Position numbers and translations under genes: made by a program. From a virus (taxonomy: Duplodnaviria > Caudoviricetes): DNA of 35,211 nt. Numbering within the stretch: position 1 is the stretch's first letter; each line of letters opens with the position of its first letter. Shown in pieces: positions 9,624 through 19,160 of this stretch. The notes beneath the pieces are model-generated. The model had not been told where the DNA came from. It was given only the letters and a program-made list of their open reading frames with translations, and did not search any database. The stretch spans positions 1 to 35,211 of the IMG/VR virus record IMGVR_UViG_3300037310_000508; one strand, 5' to 3'.

Positions 9624-10081
9624 GGCTGAGGCCCTCCATCATCATCAAGAATTCTCACATTAGAGAAACCATTTTCCTGCAATTGCAGCAGAGCCATACT
9701 CACCCGCGCCCGCAAAGGAAATCCGTCGTCTGTGTCAAATAGCTGAATCTCAATGCGTAAATCTTCTAACACGCAGCGCACTGCGCGTTCCCCCCATATT
9801 GCTTGTAAGGCCGGCGGCGTCCCGCGTTCCGTCTCGGCCTGTAACGCCTGTAACGCGGCGATTTCAGATTCAATAGACTGCCTCAGCGTGGTTTTATCCA
9901 ACCACATCTCTTCAAAGCTCAACCGCATCGGCTCCCGGTTGCCAAAGTAGAGAGGTTTGACCCCGCTGGTCACATTTTGCGGAGACCAATTGGCCCGTGT
10001 TTCCATTGTGATGACGCGCGGGAAGTAATGGAACACAAACGCCCCGCTTCCTTCCAGATTGACAAGCTGAAACACAGCCAT
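9620..10081 (-). CDS. Tail tube initiator (CIS tube-like / gpU-like)
   Basis: F.YFP..I, PP.L...WG...CVLEDL, PLRARVSMAL motifs; located between tape measure and LysM genes. Confidence 0.75.
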   Translation of the reverse strand: MAVFQLVNLEGSGAFVFHYFPRVITMETRANWSPQNVTSGVKPLYFGNREPMRLSFEEMWLDKTTLRQSIESEIAALQALQAETERGTPPALQAIWGERAVRCVLEDLRIEIQLFDTDDGFPLRARVSMALLQLQENGFSNVRILDDDGGPQP

Positions 10082-10085
10082 CGTC

Positions 10086-12695
10086 TTATGCCCTCTCGCC
10101 CATAATCTCTAGTTCCCGCGCCAACATTCGCGCCAACATTCGCGGGTCAGCCTTAGCCCCTGGAGGCAAGTGGATGTTGATGCCGCCATTAATAATCACG
10201 GCCTTGCCGTTGCCGCCGTTGTTACTGTCGTTGGCAGGACGCAAGCCTTTGGGAGTTTCATAGCGGGCCGTCACATCGGCGGGAGTAATATCTTCGCCCT
10301 CATGCACTACCGCCAGACCGCTGCGTTTCACTCTGCCACCGGCGGCTTTGGCCGGCGGTTTAATCACGTTAAAGGGGCCGTTCAACGGCCCGCCAAAGCC
10401 AAAGGACGGCGGAGCCGCTGGCGTCGGCACGAATTGGGGCTGCTGAATTTGAAACGAACCAAAGCGATTGCCTAACGAATTAAGGCCGCTCGAAGCATTG
10501 GAGATGCCTGAGCGCAGACCATATAAATCACCAGGCAGAGGTCGCAACGCATTGCCCATTTGCCCCAACGGGCCGTTAGTCTGCTGAGTAAGACTGGTGA
10601 ATTGATTGAGCGGGCCGGCGGCTTGTTGGGCGTTATAGCCCAAAAATTGAAGAGGACTGATTGGCTGCCGTAACCCCATTGATAGATTTTGAGCGCTGGC
10701 CGCCGCCGCTCGTTCCTGCTCTGTTACCAAAGCCATCGCTTGAGCGAACGCCTGGGGGTTGGCAGCCTGGAAACCTTGCAGCAAGCGGGCGACAGCGTCA
10801 CTGTTCAGTTTCATGTCACCCGCACCAGCCTTGACGTAACGAATCATCGCCGCCATGACATTCGGGTCGGCCAAAGGCTTGCTAACATCGCTGGCGCGAT
10901 AGTATTCGGCGAAGACTTTAGGGTCGAAGGCTGAATCTTTTCCGCCCTTTGTTGTCCATTTGTTGTCGTAAGGCCGTTGGTAGGTGAAGAAATGCTCGAA
11001 CAGCCCGGCCCTTTCAGGATGCAGACTGAACTCCAAACCCCGGTCTAATTTCAGAGCTTCTAAACTCTGCCGGGCGATAGCGTCAAATTGAGGGCGGTTT
11101 TTGGCGGCGTCGCGGTTATTGAACAAAACACCGCGTCCAACCAGCGCGTCGTAGTTCGCGCCAACATCCTGGCTTTTGCCTTCAAACTCTCCCTTGATTC
11201 GCTGGAGGTCTTGAATAGCGGCAAAGACTTGTTGCGCTCCTTCCAAGACAATCGCTACTTTTATCATGGGGGCAATAGAACGTAGCGTATTTCGCAACAT
11301 TCCGGCCTGACCGTTAGTTTTACCTAATTCCACCCCAACGCCAGCCACACCATTGCTCACGGCCCCTAGCTGCGAAACAAAGCGATATAAACCAATCGCG
11401 CTGGCGGCTGTTTTGTAGGCCCCCCACAAAGTCAACGCCACGCCGCCGACGCCAATAACATGGGTTATAGCCGAGGCCAGCGATTGATGCTCTTGGCTGA
11501 AATCCTGTGCTGCCCCAGCACCTTTATTAAGAACATCCACCATTGGCTTCAGGGTATTCAACATCGGCATAAAGGTAATCGCTTTGACGTTTTCCAGTGT
11601 GCCGAGCAGAGCTTCCATCTTGGCGTTGTAGGTGGCGGTTTGTTCGCTGATTTCCTTCGTCAAGCCGATTTTGCGCGACATTTCTTCGTTGGTGGCTTGG
11701 AGACTGCTCAGTCCGCCTTCGGCGAAGATGTTCGCCACGCCAGCGCCTTCGGCCTCGAACAAGTCGCGCATAACGCCGATGCGTTCTTTTGGGTTCAATC
11801 CGCGCAGTTTCTCCAACTGCTGCATCATGTTATCAACGCCGGCAAACTGGCCTTTATCATCGAAGAAATTCAGCTTGATGCCCTTCGTTTTTTCCAGCAA
11901 CTCCACCGCGCCGACCTGCGCTTTGGTCTGGTCGAGCGTGAGACGGCTAAGGAACGTCGCCAGGTTTGTGCCGGCCTGTTCGCCGGACATCCCTGAACGG
12001 CGCAACAAAGTGAGAAGCTGCACCATCGTGGACGCGCCTTCGAGACCTTTGAAACCCAAAGGCAGACCGCCGCGCAGTTGCGCGTACTTGGAGGCCATGA
12101 TGATTTCTTCAGGCATGATGCCCGCCGTCGCCCGCGCCCGCGACATTAAATCGGTCAGTGCGATGTAGTCCTTTCCGGCCAGTTGGAATTGCTGCCCAAA
12201 CGCGGCAAAAGGCTCCGCCAACTCTTTCGGCGCGCGCTTCATGGTGACGGCCAGATGCGCGACGGATTCCCCCGCGCCGTCGAGGATAGTTTGCGTGGAG
12301 ATGCCGCCTTGTTTCATGGCGGTGAAGAGTTCGAGAAAGTCTTGAGTTGTGCCTGGCAACCTTTGGCCGAGGCGTTCGCCGGCCACCGTCAGCTTATTCA
12401 TTTCCGCCGCGCCGTCACGTCCCGCTTCGGCGAAGGCCACGCGCATATCCGTCAGGGCCGCTTCGTAGTTGCCGGCTGCCTGGACGCCTTTGTTGAGCAA
12501 GGCCAATGTCGCCACGCCCGCGCCGCCGATGGCGATGCCACGTCCAGCGTCCTCCCGCAGTTTTTTGTAGTCTTCGAGGGCGCGGCGCGACTCCGGCCCC
12601 AACCGGCGCAGACGGGCTTCAAAACGGTCTAATCCGCCCGACGCCATATCCTTTAGCGTCAGCAACAGACTCAATTCGTAAACCGATGCGCCCAT
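10086..12695 (-). CDS. Tail tape measure protein (start probably MGASVYEL)
   Basis: About 870 aa, Ala/Gly-rich helical; GMSGEQAGTNL motif; hydrophobic segment; C-terminal AAGG..GLAVVHEGE. Confidence 0.92.
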   Translation of the reverse strand: MGASVYELSLLLTLKDMASGGLDRFEARLRRLGPESRRALEDYKKLREDAGRGIAIGGAGVATLALLNKGVQAAGNYEAALTDMRVAFAEAGRDGAAEMNKLTVAGERLGQRLPGTTQDFLELFTAMKQGGISTQTILDGAGESVAHLAVTMKRAPKELAEPFAAFGQQFQLAGKDYIALTDLMSRARATAGIMPEEIIMASKYAQLRGGLPLGFKGLEGASTMVQLLTLLRRSGMSGEQAGTNLATFLSRLTLDQTKAQVGAVELLEKTKGIKLNFFDDKGQFAGVDNMMQQLEKLRGLNPKERIGVMRDLFEAEGAGVANIFAEGGLSSLQATNEEMSRKIGLTKEISEQTATYNAKMEALLGTLENVKAITFMPMLNTLKPMVDVLNKGAGAAQDFSQEHQSLASAITHVIGVGGVALTLWGAYKTAASAIGLYRFVSQLGAVSNGVAGVGVELGKTNGQAGMLRNTLRSIAPMIKVAIVLEGAQQVFAAIQDLQRIKGEFEGKSQDVGANYDALVGRGVLFNNRDAAKNRPQFDAIARQSLEALKLDRGLEFSLHPERAGLFEHFFTYQRPYDNKWTTKGGKDSAFDPKVFAEYYRASDVSKPLADPNVMAAMIRYVKAGAGDMKLNSDAVARLLQGFQAANPQAFAQAMALVTEQERAAAASAQNLSMGLRQPISPLQFLGYNAQQAAGPLNQFTSLTQQTNGPLGQMGNALRPLPGDLYGLRSGISNASSGLNSLGNRFGSFQIQQPQFVPTPAAPPSFGFGGPLNGPFNVIKPPAKAAGGRVKRSGLAVVHEGEDITPADVTARYETPKGLRPANDSNNGGNGKAVIINGGINIHLPPGAKADPRMLARMLARELEIMGERA

Positions 12696-12740
12696 AAACC
12701 TAAAGCAAAAGCGGTCAAGAACTCTCTCAACCGCCGTCAT

Positions 12741-12929
12741 TCAATCCTTTCGCTCACGCCGTTCGTTGATTAACCCAATATAGGTATTCAATCGTCGCAC
12801 TGACAGCGATAAAATGTAGTCTTCCGTCCAGCCATATTCACAGGCCAGCGCGTCCACCGCCGCCGCCCATTTACTTTGGAACGTCTCTTCTGGCGCGGCG
12901 CAGACTTTGGCGAAAGATTTCCCCCGCAC
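12741..12929 (-). CDS. Frameshifted C-terminal extension of tail assembly chaperone (gpGT-like)
   Basis: LACEYGWTEDYILSLSVRRL matches typical GT/E' extensions; overlaps the chaperone in the +1/-2 frame. Confidence 0.75.
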   Translation of the reverse strand: MRGKSFAKVCAAPEETFQSKWAAAVDALACEYGWTEDYILSLSVRRLNTYIGLINERRERKD

Positions 12930-13509
12930 CCAACAGGGTCACGATGTCGGCGGCGTCTAGCTCTTCAAACCAAGACAACAAAATCGGCCCGTCAATGGTG
13001 GCCTGGCCGTCGCTCTGCCGCAATTGTTTGATTTGCCGTCCAACCAAAAAACAGCGTCTTTTGCTGCCTACAAAGAACTCCTTATCGGCAGCTACTTCGT
13101 CGCGGCCAGTCAATAGATGCCCAAATTCTGCCACGTCATAAACTAGGCCCTCACGCTCGAAGCCAAAGGCCAGCCGCACGGTAGAATCGTTAATACGCTC
13201 CACTTCGCGCCCCTCTGCGCTTTCAAGCTGAAATTTGTTATAGGCGTCTTCTACATCGTCGCGGTCAAGCGAATCCAAGTCCAACAACACGGATAAAGGA
13301 ATCGGCATCTTCAGCGCGCCGAAAGAGATGATGCTCTTGGCCCATATCAAACTGCCATGCTGTGTTGAAAGGGTCGCTTGCGGGTCTGTATCGAGCGCAA
13401 ACAAATCGCGGCCTAGCAACCGCCGTCCAAAAGTCACGCTTTTGTGGGTTACGCCGCTTTTATCCGTGTAACCTGTAAGCAGTTCAATTGTCTTCTCAAA
13501 ATTGCTCAT
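12871..13509 (-). CDS. Tail assembly chaperone
   Basis: Located between tube and tape measure; LTGRD and LDAAD motifs as in Mu gp41-like chaperones, present twice. Confidence 0.78.
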   Translation of the reverse strand: MSNFEKTIELLTGYTDKSGVTHKSVTFGRRLLGRDLFALDTDPQATLSTQHGSLIWAKSIISFGALKMPIPLSVLLDLDSLDRDDVEDAYNKFQLESAEGREVERINDSTVRLAFGFEREGLVYDVAEFGHLLTGRDEVAADKEFFVGSKRRCFLVGRQIKQLRQSDGQATIDGPILLSWFEELDAADIVTLLGAGEIFRQSLRRARRDVPK

Positions 13510-13946
13510 TAGTATCTGCGGAAGTCTTCCGGCATCAGTTTGAAGGTAAAGAATGAACCGTTAGTGCCGGAAGCAGAATGTGATTCCACCATAAACTCTG
13601 TCGGCGCGCAGTCCTGAAGATCATAGATGTCCACCGGCGATTGGCCGGCTTCGTCCAGCACAATTACCCGGCAACCCCGACGTTCGGTATTCTGGCCTCT
13701 GGCAAACCCTTCCATCCAGTCCAGATACTCACGCCCTGTCTGATTCACCGCCGAGGCGTGCTTGAACGAGGCTTCGTTGACCTCATAATTCCCACGCACT
13801 ATGTTAGGGTTAGGCCGGTTGCCTTCGTGAATCTTGACGGGAGTATGCTTAAAGCCCAAGCCGGAAAACTCGCTGGCGCGAATGGCCGTTATCCCGTCAA
13901 TCTCAATTAAAAATCTGCCTTCAGCAGTGCCTGTATTAGCTGGCAT
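13509..13946 (-). CDS. Tail tube protein (T4 gp19-like)
   Basis: F.IEIDG...SEFSGL..HEG...W...RR...IVLDEAG...L..C.P pattern; follows the sheath gene. Confidence 0.88.
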   Translation of the reverse strand: MPANTGTAEGRFLIEIDGITAIRASEFSGLGFKHTPVKIHEGNRPNPNIVRGNYEVNEASFKHASAVNQTGREYLDWMEGFARGQNTERRGCRVIVLDEAGQSPVDIYDLQDCAPTEFMVESHSASGTNGSFFTFKLMPEDFRRY

Positions 13947-14022
13947 ACGATTTCTCCGTGTTGGTAAATTATTGGGATATTATCCCGCCGGAGAACCAAT
14001 TCTCCGTGCAAACCGTTCTGAC

Positions 14023-15540
14023 TTAGGAATTTAAGACAGTCAGGTCTTGGAAAAGCGGCGCATTGTCAACGGCGATTTCAATGCGCTCGGCAGTGGGCGA
14101 GAGTTTCACGCCCCACTGGACACGCACCACGCCGTTCGCCAAATCCTCTTGCGGATTGTTCGATTCATCGGCCACAACAATAAACGCCTCTTCCTCGCTC
14201 TTGCCATACAGTGCGCCGTCGCGCCACAACCCGCGCAGAAAGTTGCGTCCTGTCGCCGCCAAATCGCGGAACAGACGGCCTGTGCCGTCCACTGCCGCAA
14301 ACACCGCCCAAGCATAGGCTTTCTTCGCGCTGTGATAACACAGGTTAAGCATCCGCGCCTCGTGGACAAACTGCACCCGCGCATCCGGCGTCAACACGCG
14401 CCCACCGTAAATTCTGACGCCAGCGCCGCCAATCGGGGCGATGACGTTAATGTTTTTAGCGTTGAGCAACGCCCGCACGTTGTCGTCCACTTGCGGCTTG
14501 CCGTCAAGTAGAGTTTCGACGTTGATTGCGCCAGGAATTTGGATATTGGCCGGGGCTTTATGAGTGCCGATTTCGCGGTCAACTCTAGCGCACGCGCCCG
14601 CGACAAACCCTGAAGGCGGATAGTGTCGGTTGACCCCGCTGCCGTCGAAGGCGAGACACTCCACCCAAGGCCAGTAGATGGCGGCGTTAGAGGATACGGC
14701 CACCGTTGATACTTCGTCATAGCTCATGCCCACATTGGTATCCAACAGAGCCAGACGATAATTTCGGCCCGCATGAGCCGCCAAAGCTGTGTGAATGGCG
14801 TCGGTGGAATAACCCGGCACAGCCACTTGTCCGGTGCCGAGGTTTTCATCGTTAAAGACTTGCAGGCCAGTCCTTGTGCCTTCGCTGTCAATGCCGACGA
14901 GATCCCCATCGTCAATACCGGCAAAGTCATCCGAGCCGCCGGCCAAGACAGCGCTTGCCAGCACGCGGGGAATGTTGTTTGGAGCCGCCGTTGCGCTGTT
15001 CAGGTTGGTCAGTTTCACGAGTTGCGAACGCTGGTTCACAACGGTCAAATCGGCGGCGGCCAAAGTCAGATTGTCATAAACTTCACGGCTTCCAAGAAAC
15101 GCGCTCGTGGCAATTAGCCTGAAAGTATTTACCGTCGAACCATCCGCAATTTCGATTTTGACATCTACCCGCGTCGACGGGAATTTGGCGTCCGCCCGTA
15201 GAGTGTTGACTCCTGCGCCACCGCTACGGTCTTTCAGATTCAGAGTGCCGACAGCCGCCGACGAGCCAACCACACGGCAAACCACCGCGTTGCCGCCCGG
15301 AAACTGGTTAAAGAATGGATAGAGAGCGTCATCCAAAAATGAGTTGGCGTCAAAACCGCCGAATTTGCGTACAAAGTCCGCCCAAGAAGTTACTGTCGTC
15401 GGCGTATTGACCGGCCCCCACGGGCAATAACCGACAGCAAAAAAGGTGGACGTAGGCTGGCGTTCAACAGGACGCGCCACTTGTCCGGTATTTATGCGGA
15501 CGATGACGCCCGGCAACGTATTTTCTCTGGCGACAGACAT
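14023..15540 (-). CDS. Contractile tail sheath protein
   Basis: PGV N-terminus; YWPWV, PPSGFVAG, HKAPAN, INVI, YGGR, DESNNP, PTAERI motifs. Confidence 0.95.
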   Translation of the reverse strand: MSVARENTLPGVIVRINTGQVARPVERQPTSTFFAVGYCPWGPVNTPTTVTSWADFVRKFGGFDANSFLDDALYPFFNQFPGGNAVVCRVVGSSAAVGTLNLKDRSGGAGVNTLRADAKFPSTRVDVKIEIADGSTVNTFRLIATSAFLGSREVYDNLTLAAADLTVVNQRSQLVKLTNLNSATAAPNNIPRVLASAVLAGGSDDFAGIDDGDLVGIDSEGTRTGLQVFNDENLGTGQVAVPGYSTDAIHTALAAHAGRNYRLALLDTNVGMSYDEVSTVAVSSNAAIYWPWVECLAFDGSGVNRHYPPSGFVAGACARVDREIGTHKAPANIQIPGAINVETLLDGKPQVDDNVRALLNAKNINVIAPIGGAGVRIYGGRVLTPDARVQFVHEARMLNLCYHSAKKAYAWAVFAAVDGTGRLFRDLAATGRNFLRGLWRDGALYGKSEEEAFIVVADESNNPQEDLANGVVRVQWGVKLSPTAERIEIAVDNAPLFQDLTVLNS

Positions 15541-15737
15541 TACTTTTTCTCCTTACCATTCTTCGGGGCAACAACTTCCTCGACAACCTGAATCGCTGTG
15601 ATTGCCAACCAACCCATTACCCCCAGGCGTTTGTCGCGGGCGCTGACTGTGGCAACCTCGCATTCCATGCCCGCCCCCAGCATCGGGCCGTCAGATAACG
15701 CCAGCCTCGCGGCGGTCAGGTTTTTGACTTTGTGCAT
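15540..15737 (-). CDS. Small hypothetical tail-associated protein
   Basis: ATG at 15737 with an AGGGG SD-like sequence; stop overlaps the sheath ATG. Confidence 0.6.
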   Translation of the reverse strand: MHKVKNLTAARLALSDGPMLGAGMECEVATVSARDKRLGVMGWLAITAIQVVEEVVAPKNGKEKK

Positions 15738-15747
15738 ATTCGCCCCT

Positions 15748-16410
15748 CTACATCGTAAACACGCCGGGCGCGCCCGCGATAAATTTGATTTTGGCATTCG
15801 GCGGCAACGGCCCGACGGTGACTATAATTTCTTCCACCGGCACGCCCGCCTTTCGCCTGTCTGTTTCACACCACTTGAAGCGGGTTGTGAAGTGCTGCGC
15901 GTAGGCCGTCATTGCCGGCAGCCGCGCCACATATTCCGCGCCATCCAATTTCAAAGGGTCAAACGTCAGCAAAAAGTTATGCGTTTCTCCCCCTTCATCA
16001 ATCGTGGCAAATAACTGCAATCCGGCCAGCAACCGTCTGGCATCACTTATCAGCTTGTAAAGTCCCGGCTTTTCTCCGGCCCCGCGCCGGCGCGTCCTAT
16101 CGCCCCTCGCGTCGTTATCACAAGCAATGACGCTGAACGTGCAAGTATGTTCCCAGATGCGGGGTTCGCCATAGACCGACGCAACGGCGGGTATCTGCTT
16201 ATCCTCGCCATCGGTGTAAGACACCAGGAAAAGCGGGAAACGAGGCGAGATTTGACTGACGGCCCTGCGGAGCGTCTCACTGTCGAGTTCGCCGGCGTAG
16301 GAGGCAATTTCCTTGACGTATCCGCCTTGCTTCACCGAAAGCGTCTGCAAGACCGCAATTATGCCATCTTCGATGCCGCTAACAGCTTCATCCCACTCTA
16401 GTTGGCGCAT
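15748..16410 (-). CDS. Tail terminator (Mu gp37 / DUF1834-like)
   Basis: IEDGIIA.L...SYAGELD...P...V...GLYKLI...R..L pattern; synteny. Confidence 0.75.
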   Translation of the reverse strand: MRQLEWDEAVSGIEDGIIAVLQTLSVKQGGYVKEIASYAGELDSETLRRAVSQISPRFPLFLVSYTDGEDKQIPAVASVYGEPRIWEHTCTFSVIACDNDARGDRTRRRGAGEKPGLYKLISDARRLLAGLQLFATIDEGGETHNFLLTFDPLKLDGAEYVARLPAMTAYAQHFTTRFKWCETDRRKAGVPVEEIIVTVGPLPPNAKIKFIAGAPGVFTM

Positions 16411-16421
16411 TCAAAGACCCC

Positions 16422-16874
16422 TCACAAACGGTTGCTGTGGCGTTTGAAGATTTCCGTGAGTTCCGTGAAGTCCTCATCCTGAAACATCAGGAAAGGCCGC
16501 GCCGGAGTCTTGCTGCGTCCGCGCCCTGTGCCGCCTTCATAGCCAAAATGCTGGCGCGGGCCGTAAACGGCGTTTGTGCCGATTTCCACGCCCGGTTCGC
16601 TGACCAGGCGAAACGACATCGAATTTTTCAAACGCGCCGTGTCAATCAGGATTTGGCTTTTGCCTGCCCCCCGCCCTTTGCGCCGCCGCTTTAAGGTCTT
16701 AGGCGATAAGAGCTTCCATTTCTCTGGCCGGCCCTGCGCCCGAAAATTCTTTTCAATCGAGCCGAGCATATAGGCCCCGGCTGACTTCAACGGTTTTTCA
16801 ACCTGGCGCGTGTCAGTAGCGAGTTTCTCAACGCGCCGGATTACTTGCTCTAACCCTCGAAGACCTTCGCTCAT
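16422..16874 (-). CDS. Virion morphogenesis protein (Mu gpG / P2 gpS-like)
   Basis: W..LSP.T, ILIDTARLKNS, IGTN..Y...H.G, PARPFL motifs. Confidence 0.9.
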   Translation of the reverse strand: MSEGLRGLEQVIRRVEKLATDTRQVEKPLKSAGAYMLGSIEKNFRAQGRPEKWKLLSPKTLKRRRKGRGAGKSQILIDTARLKNSMSFRLVSEPGVEIGTNAVYGPRQHFGYEGGTGRGRSKTPARPFLMFQDEDFTELTEIFKRHSNRL

Positions 16875-16877
16875 TAT

Positions 16878-17321
16878 CTAAAATCTTCTCAACGCATCAT
16901 CTGTAAACACTGGACGGCTGCTGCCGCTTAACACCCTGTCGGGCGAAGCCGGCTTCTGCGCGGTTTCTTCAGCAGCCGGCACATCCAACGCCGCTTTGCC
17001 GTTTTGCAACGCCTCTAAAAACTTCATCGCGTCGGCGTGGGCGTCCTTACGGATTTTGTATTCGCCTTCGGCATCTGTGGCGCGGCTTTTGAAGAGGTGA
17101 AAGATAGCCAAGTCAAGGCACGTCGCCTTGACCTTTTCCGTTGTCGGCACGGGCAGCGCGTAGCGCGTCCGGGCATAACTGTCAAAAGTTCCCACCGCGT
17201 AACCGATGGCTTTGCTCACGCGCTTCTCATTCAGCAAACCCGCGCCTTCGTCGTCGGTCAATTGGATGAGCCGTTCAATGCCCAGCTCATCCTCCAAGTC
17301 TTCTTGGGTCAAATAGCTCAC
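16878..17321 (-). CDS. Head-tail connector (Mu gp36 / DUF1320)
   Basis: MSYLTQEDL...LIQLTD...DSY..RY.LP...DLAI.HL...A..FL..L..GK..L. Confidence 0.88.
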   Translation of the reverse strand: MSYLTQEDLEDELGIERLIQLTDDEGAGLLNEKRVSKAIGYAVGTFDSYARTRYALPVPTTEKVKATCLDLAIFHLFKSRATDAEGEYKIRKDAHADAMKFLEALQNGKAALDVPAAEETAQKPASPDRVLSGSSRPVFTDDALRRF

Positions 17322-17509
17322 TTGACTTTCTCAACCAACTTGCGCGGGTCGTCCAACAAGGCGACGATTTCCGCGTCGTCCGTGACCGCGCCAGCCTGAT
17401 ACAGCTTGGGGCCAAGGTTATTAACCAACACTTTTACTTTCACAACGGACTTGGCTGCCGGCGCGGGCGGCGCGGGTTTGGCTGCCGGCGCGGGTGTTTC
17501 TTCTGGCAT
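17318..17509 (-). CDS. Small Pro/Ala-rich head-associated protein (Mu gp35 position)
   Basis: Between capsid and gp36-like gene; SD AGAGG. Confidence 0.6.
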   Translation of the reverse strand: MPEETPAPAAKPAPPAPAAKSVVKVKVLVNNLGPKLYQAGAVTDDAEIVALLDDPRKLVEKVK

Positions 17510-17531
17510 CGTTTTGACCTCTGACTTTCAA

Positions 17532-18593
17532 CTAGATATTCATCTTGATAATGGAGCGCTTGAACATCAGGCGCGGGCCGCCGGCTAAACCGCCAGTGAT
17601 TTCGATTTTGGGGTTTTTGCCTCGACCTAAATCTTCAGCCGAGATACCGACCTGACCGCCATTAGACTGGCCGTTGACTTCGATGAAGCTGAACATCCCA
17701 GGCGCAGGCATTCCATTCTTAGTGCGATGCAGAGTTGGCGTAAGGCAGAAGTCCCCGGCCTTTTCGCCCATCGGACGCATACCTTCCACAACGCCCGTGT
17801 CATCGGGAACGAAGATTCTGTATGAGCCATCATCCCTATACATACCGCCGTCATATTCCACGATTTCCGGCAAACCCCGCGCCACGCAGATTTTATTCAA
17901 ATCGGCCAGGCTGAAATTGAGATTGCGGAAATTTTCGGCGCGGAAGCCGGCGATGTCGTTGGCATTGGTGTTTTCCAACAAACGGTTGAGCTGCTTGCGG
18001 TTCAGATAGAGTTTCGCGCCTTGCATTGTCGCTCCAGTGCCGCGAAACATCAGGGCTAAAGCGTCTAAGTCTTTCAAGGGCGCGGAATTTGCGGAGTTGG
18101 CCCAAGGCACTAAAGCGTTGTAAACCTGCACATCAAAGGTTTCCTCAATCTTCACGCCGTTTTCGTTGATGGATATTTGCCCTGTCAACGCCTGCCAACG
18201 CAAGTCTTCGGCGCGGAGGCGGTTTTTGTCCATCCTCGCTTTGAGAATGCGGGCTACGATTTCGCCAAGGTCAACTACACCGCCGAGCGTAGCGTAAGCA
18301 CGCGCCATCAGGAGTTCAGACTCTTTGATTACGTCCGTCTCCTTGAAGTACATCGGCTTGTATTCCTTGACGTTGGAACCAGGACGCTGGCCGACTTTCG
18401 GGTCAGCATCCATGTTATGAGGCGCGGTCATACCGCGCTCATTATCCAGTTCGTCCCACTGCACCTTTTGCGTCGGCACTTCGCGGAACGGCAGAATCTG
18501 TTCGCCCACGAGCGTAGTCGCCCCGATTTGATACTCCTGCACCACTGTGTCAAGAGAGACGTTAGTGGGAAAGCGATAGGTAATTCCTGCCAT
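17532..18593 (-). CDS. Major capsid protein (lambda gpE-like family)
   Basis: 353 aa after the decoration gene; P.YFKE...I, E..RWQAL.G.I, W.....PL.DL motifs. Confidence 0.85.
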   Translation of the reverse strand: MAGITYRFPTNVSLDTVVQEYQIGATTLVGEQILPFREVPTQKVQWDELDNERGMTAPHNMDADPKVGQRPGSNVKEYKPMYFKETDVIKESELLMARAYATLGGVVDLGEIVARILKARMDKNRLRAEDLRWQALTGQISINENGVKIEETFDVQVYNALVPWANSANSAPLKDLDALALMFRGTGATMQGAKLYLNRKQLNRLLENTNANDIAGFRAENFRNLNFSLADLNKICVARGLPEIVEYDGGMYRDDGSYRIFVPDDTGVVEGMRPMGEKAGDFCLTPTLHRTKNGMPAPGMFSFIEVNGQSNGGQVGISAEDLGRGKNPKIEITGGLAGGPRLMFKRSIIKMNI

Positions 18594-18602
18594 TGCTGCT
18601 CC

Positions 18603-19160
18603 TTAAAAGATAAAAATTCCGTTGGGGGCACTGCGTCCCAGCAACTCGGTTTTGGCCGTCGCGTCGAGGCCACTTAATTTACTCTCCTTGAGCGGGCCGC
18701 CGATGATGAGCGGAATGCCCGCCTCCGCCGCCCCGTCCACGCCTTCGTCAGCGATGCCCTGCGCGACTTGCGAACCGTCGCTGCCCAAAACGAACGCGCC
18801 CGATGCTACCGCCACCGCCGCATTCGCAGTCAAAGTGAGGATGTTGGTGACGAGATTGACTCCTCCGGCGGCAACCGTGCCGATATTGGCCCCAGCATTG
18901 TTGGTGATAACGTCGCCAGGCTTAAACAACGAAGCGTCAGCCACCTGGCCTGTTGCCGAGTTAGTGGCAAAGCCCGCGCCCGCCGCCGTCGTTCGCGTGC
19001 GCCGACGACCCAGCCCTGAAGAGGTAATGACCCCGATAACTCCGCCACGCGGCGCGGCCAGACCAGCAGCCATCGTGAGGCCAGTGATGACCAACTCATC
19101 AGCGCGGGTCGCCGCTAGCGATTCGAGAGCAGGAAAGGTTTCAACGGTACTGGTTCCCAT
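18603..19160 (-). CDS. Head decoration protein
   Basis: DGSQVAQGIAD...I.GG......L.GLD...K..L motif; between protease and capsid. Confidence 0.75.
   Translation of the reverse strand: MGTSTVETFPALESLAATRADELVITGLTMAAGLAAPRGGVIGVITSSGLGRRRTRTTAAGAGFATNSATGQVADASLFKPGDVITNNAGANIGTVAAGGVNLVTNILTLTANAAVAVASGAFVLGSDGSQVAQGIADEGVDGAAEAGIPLIIGGPLKESKLSGLDATAKTELLGRSAPNGIFIF

Noticed and set aside
10119-10142. 12-bp tandem repeat at the tape-measure 3' end
   Set aside because: It is simply a coding repeat (RMLA twice).
13146-13156. Partial match to the box motif (GGCCCTCACG)
   Set aside because: Incomplete, single, inside a CDS and without a terminator.
2205-15540. Stand-alone eCIS or tailocin
   Set aside because: Capsid, portal, terminase and neck genes are contiguous with the tail, so this is a phage.
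17451-17494. 17-bp direct repeat TTGGCTGCCGGCGCGGG
   Set aside because: It encodes a PAPAAK low-complexity linker.
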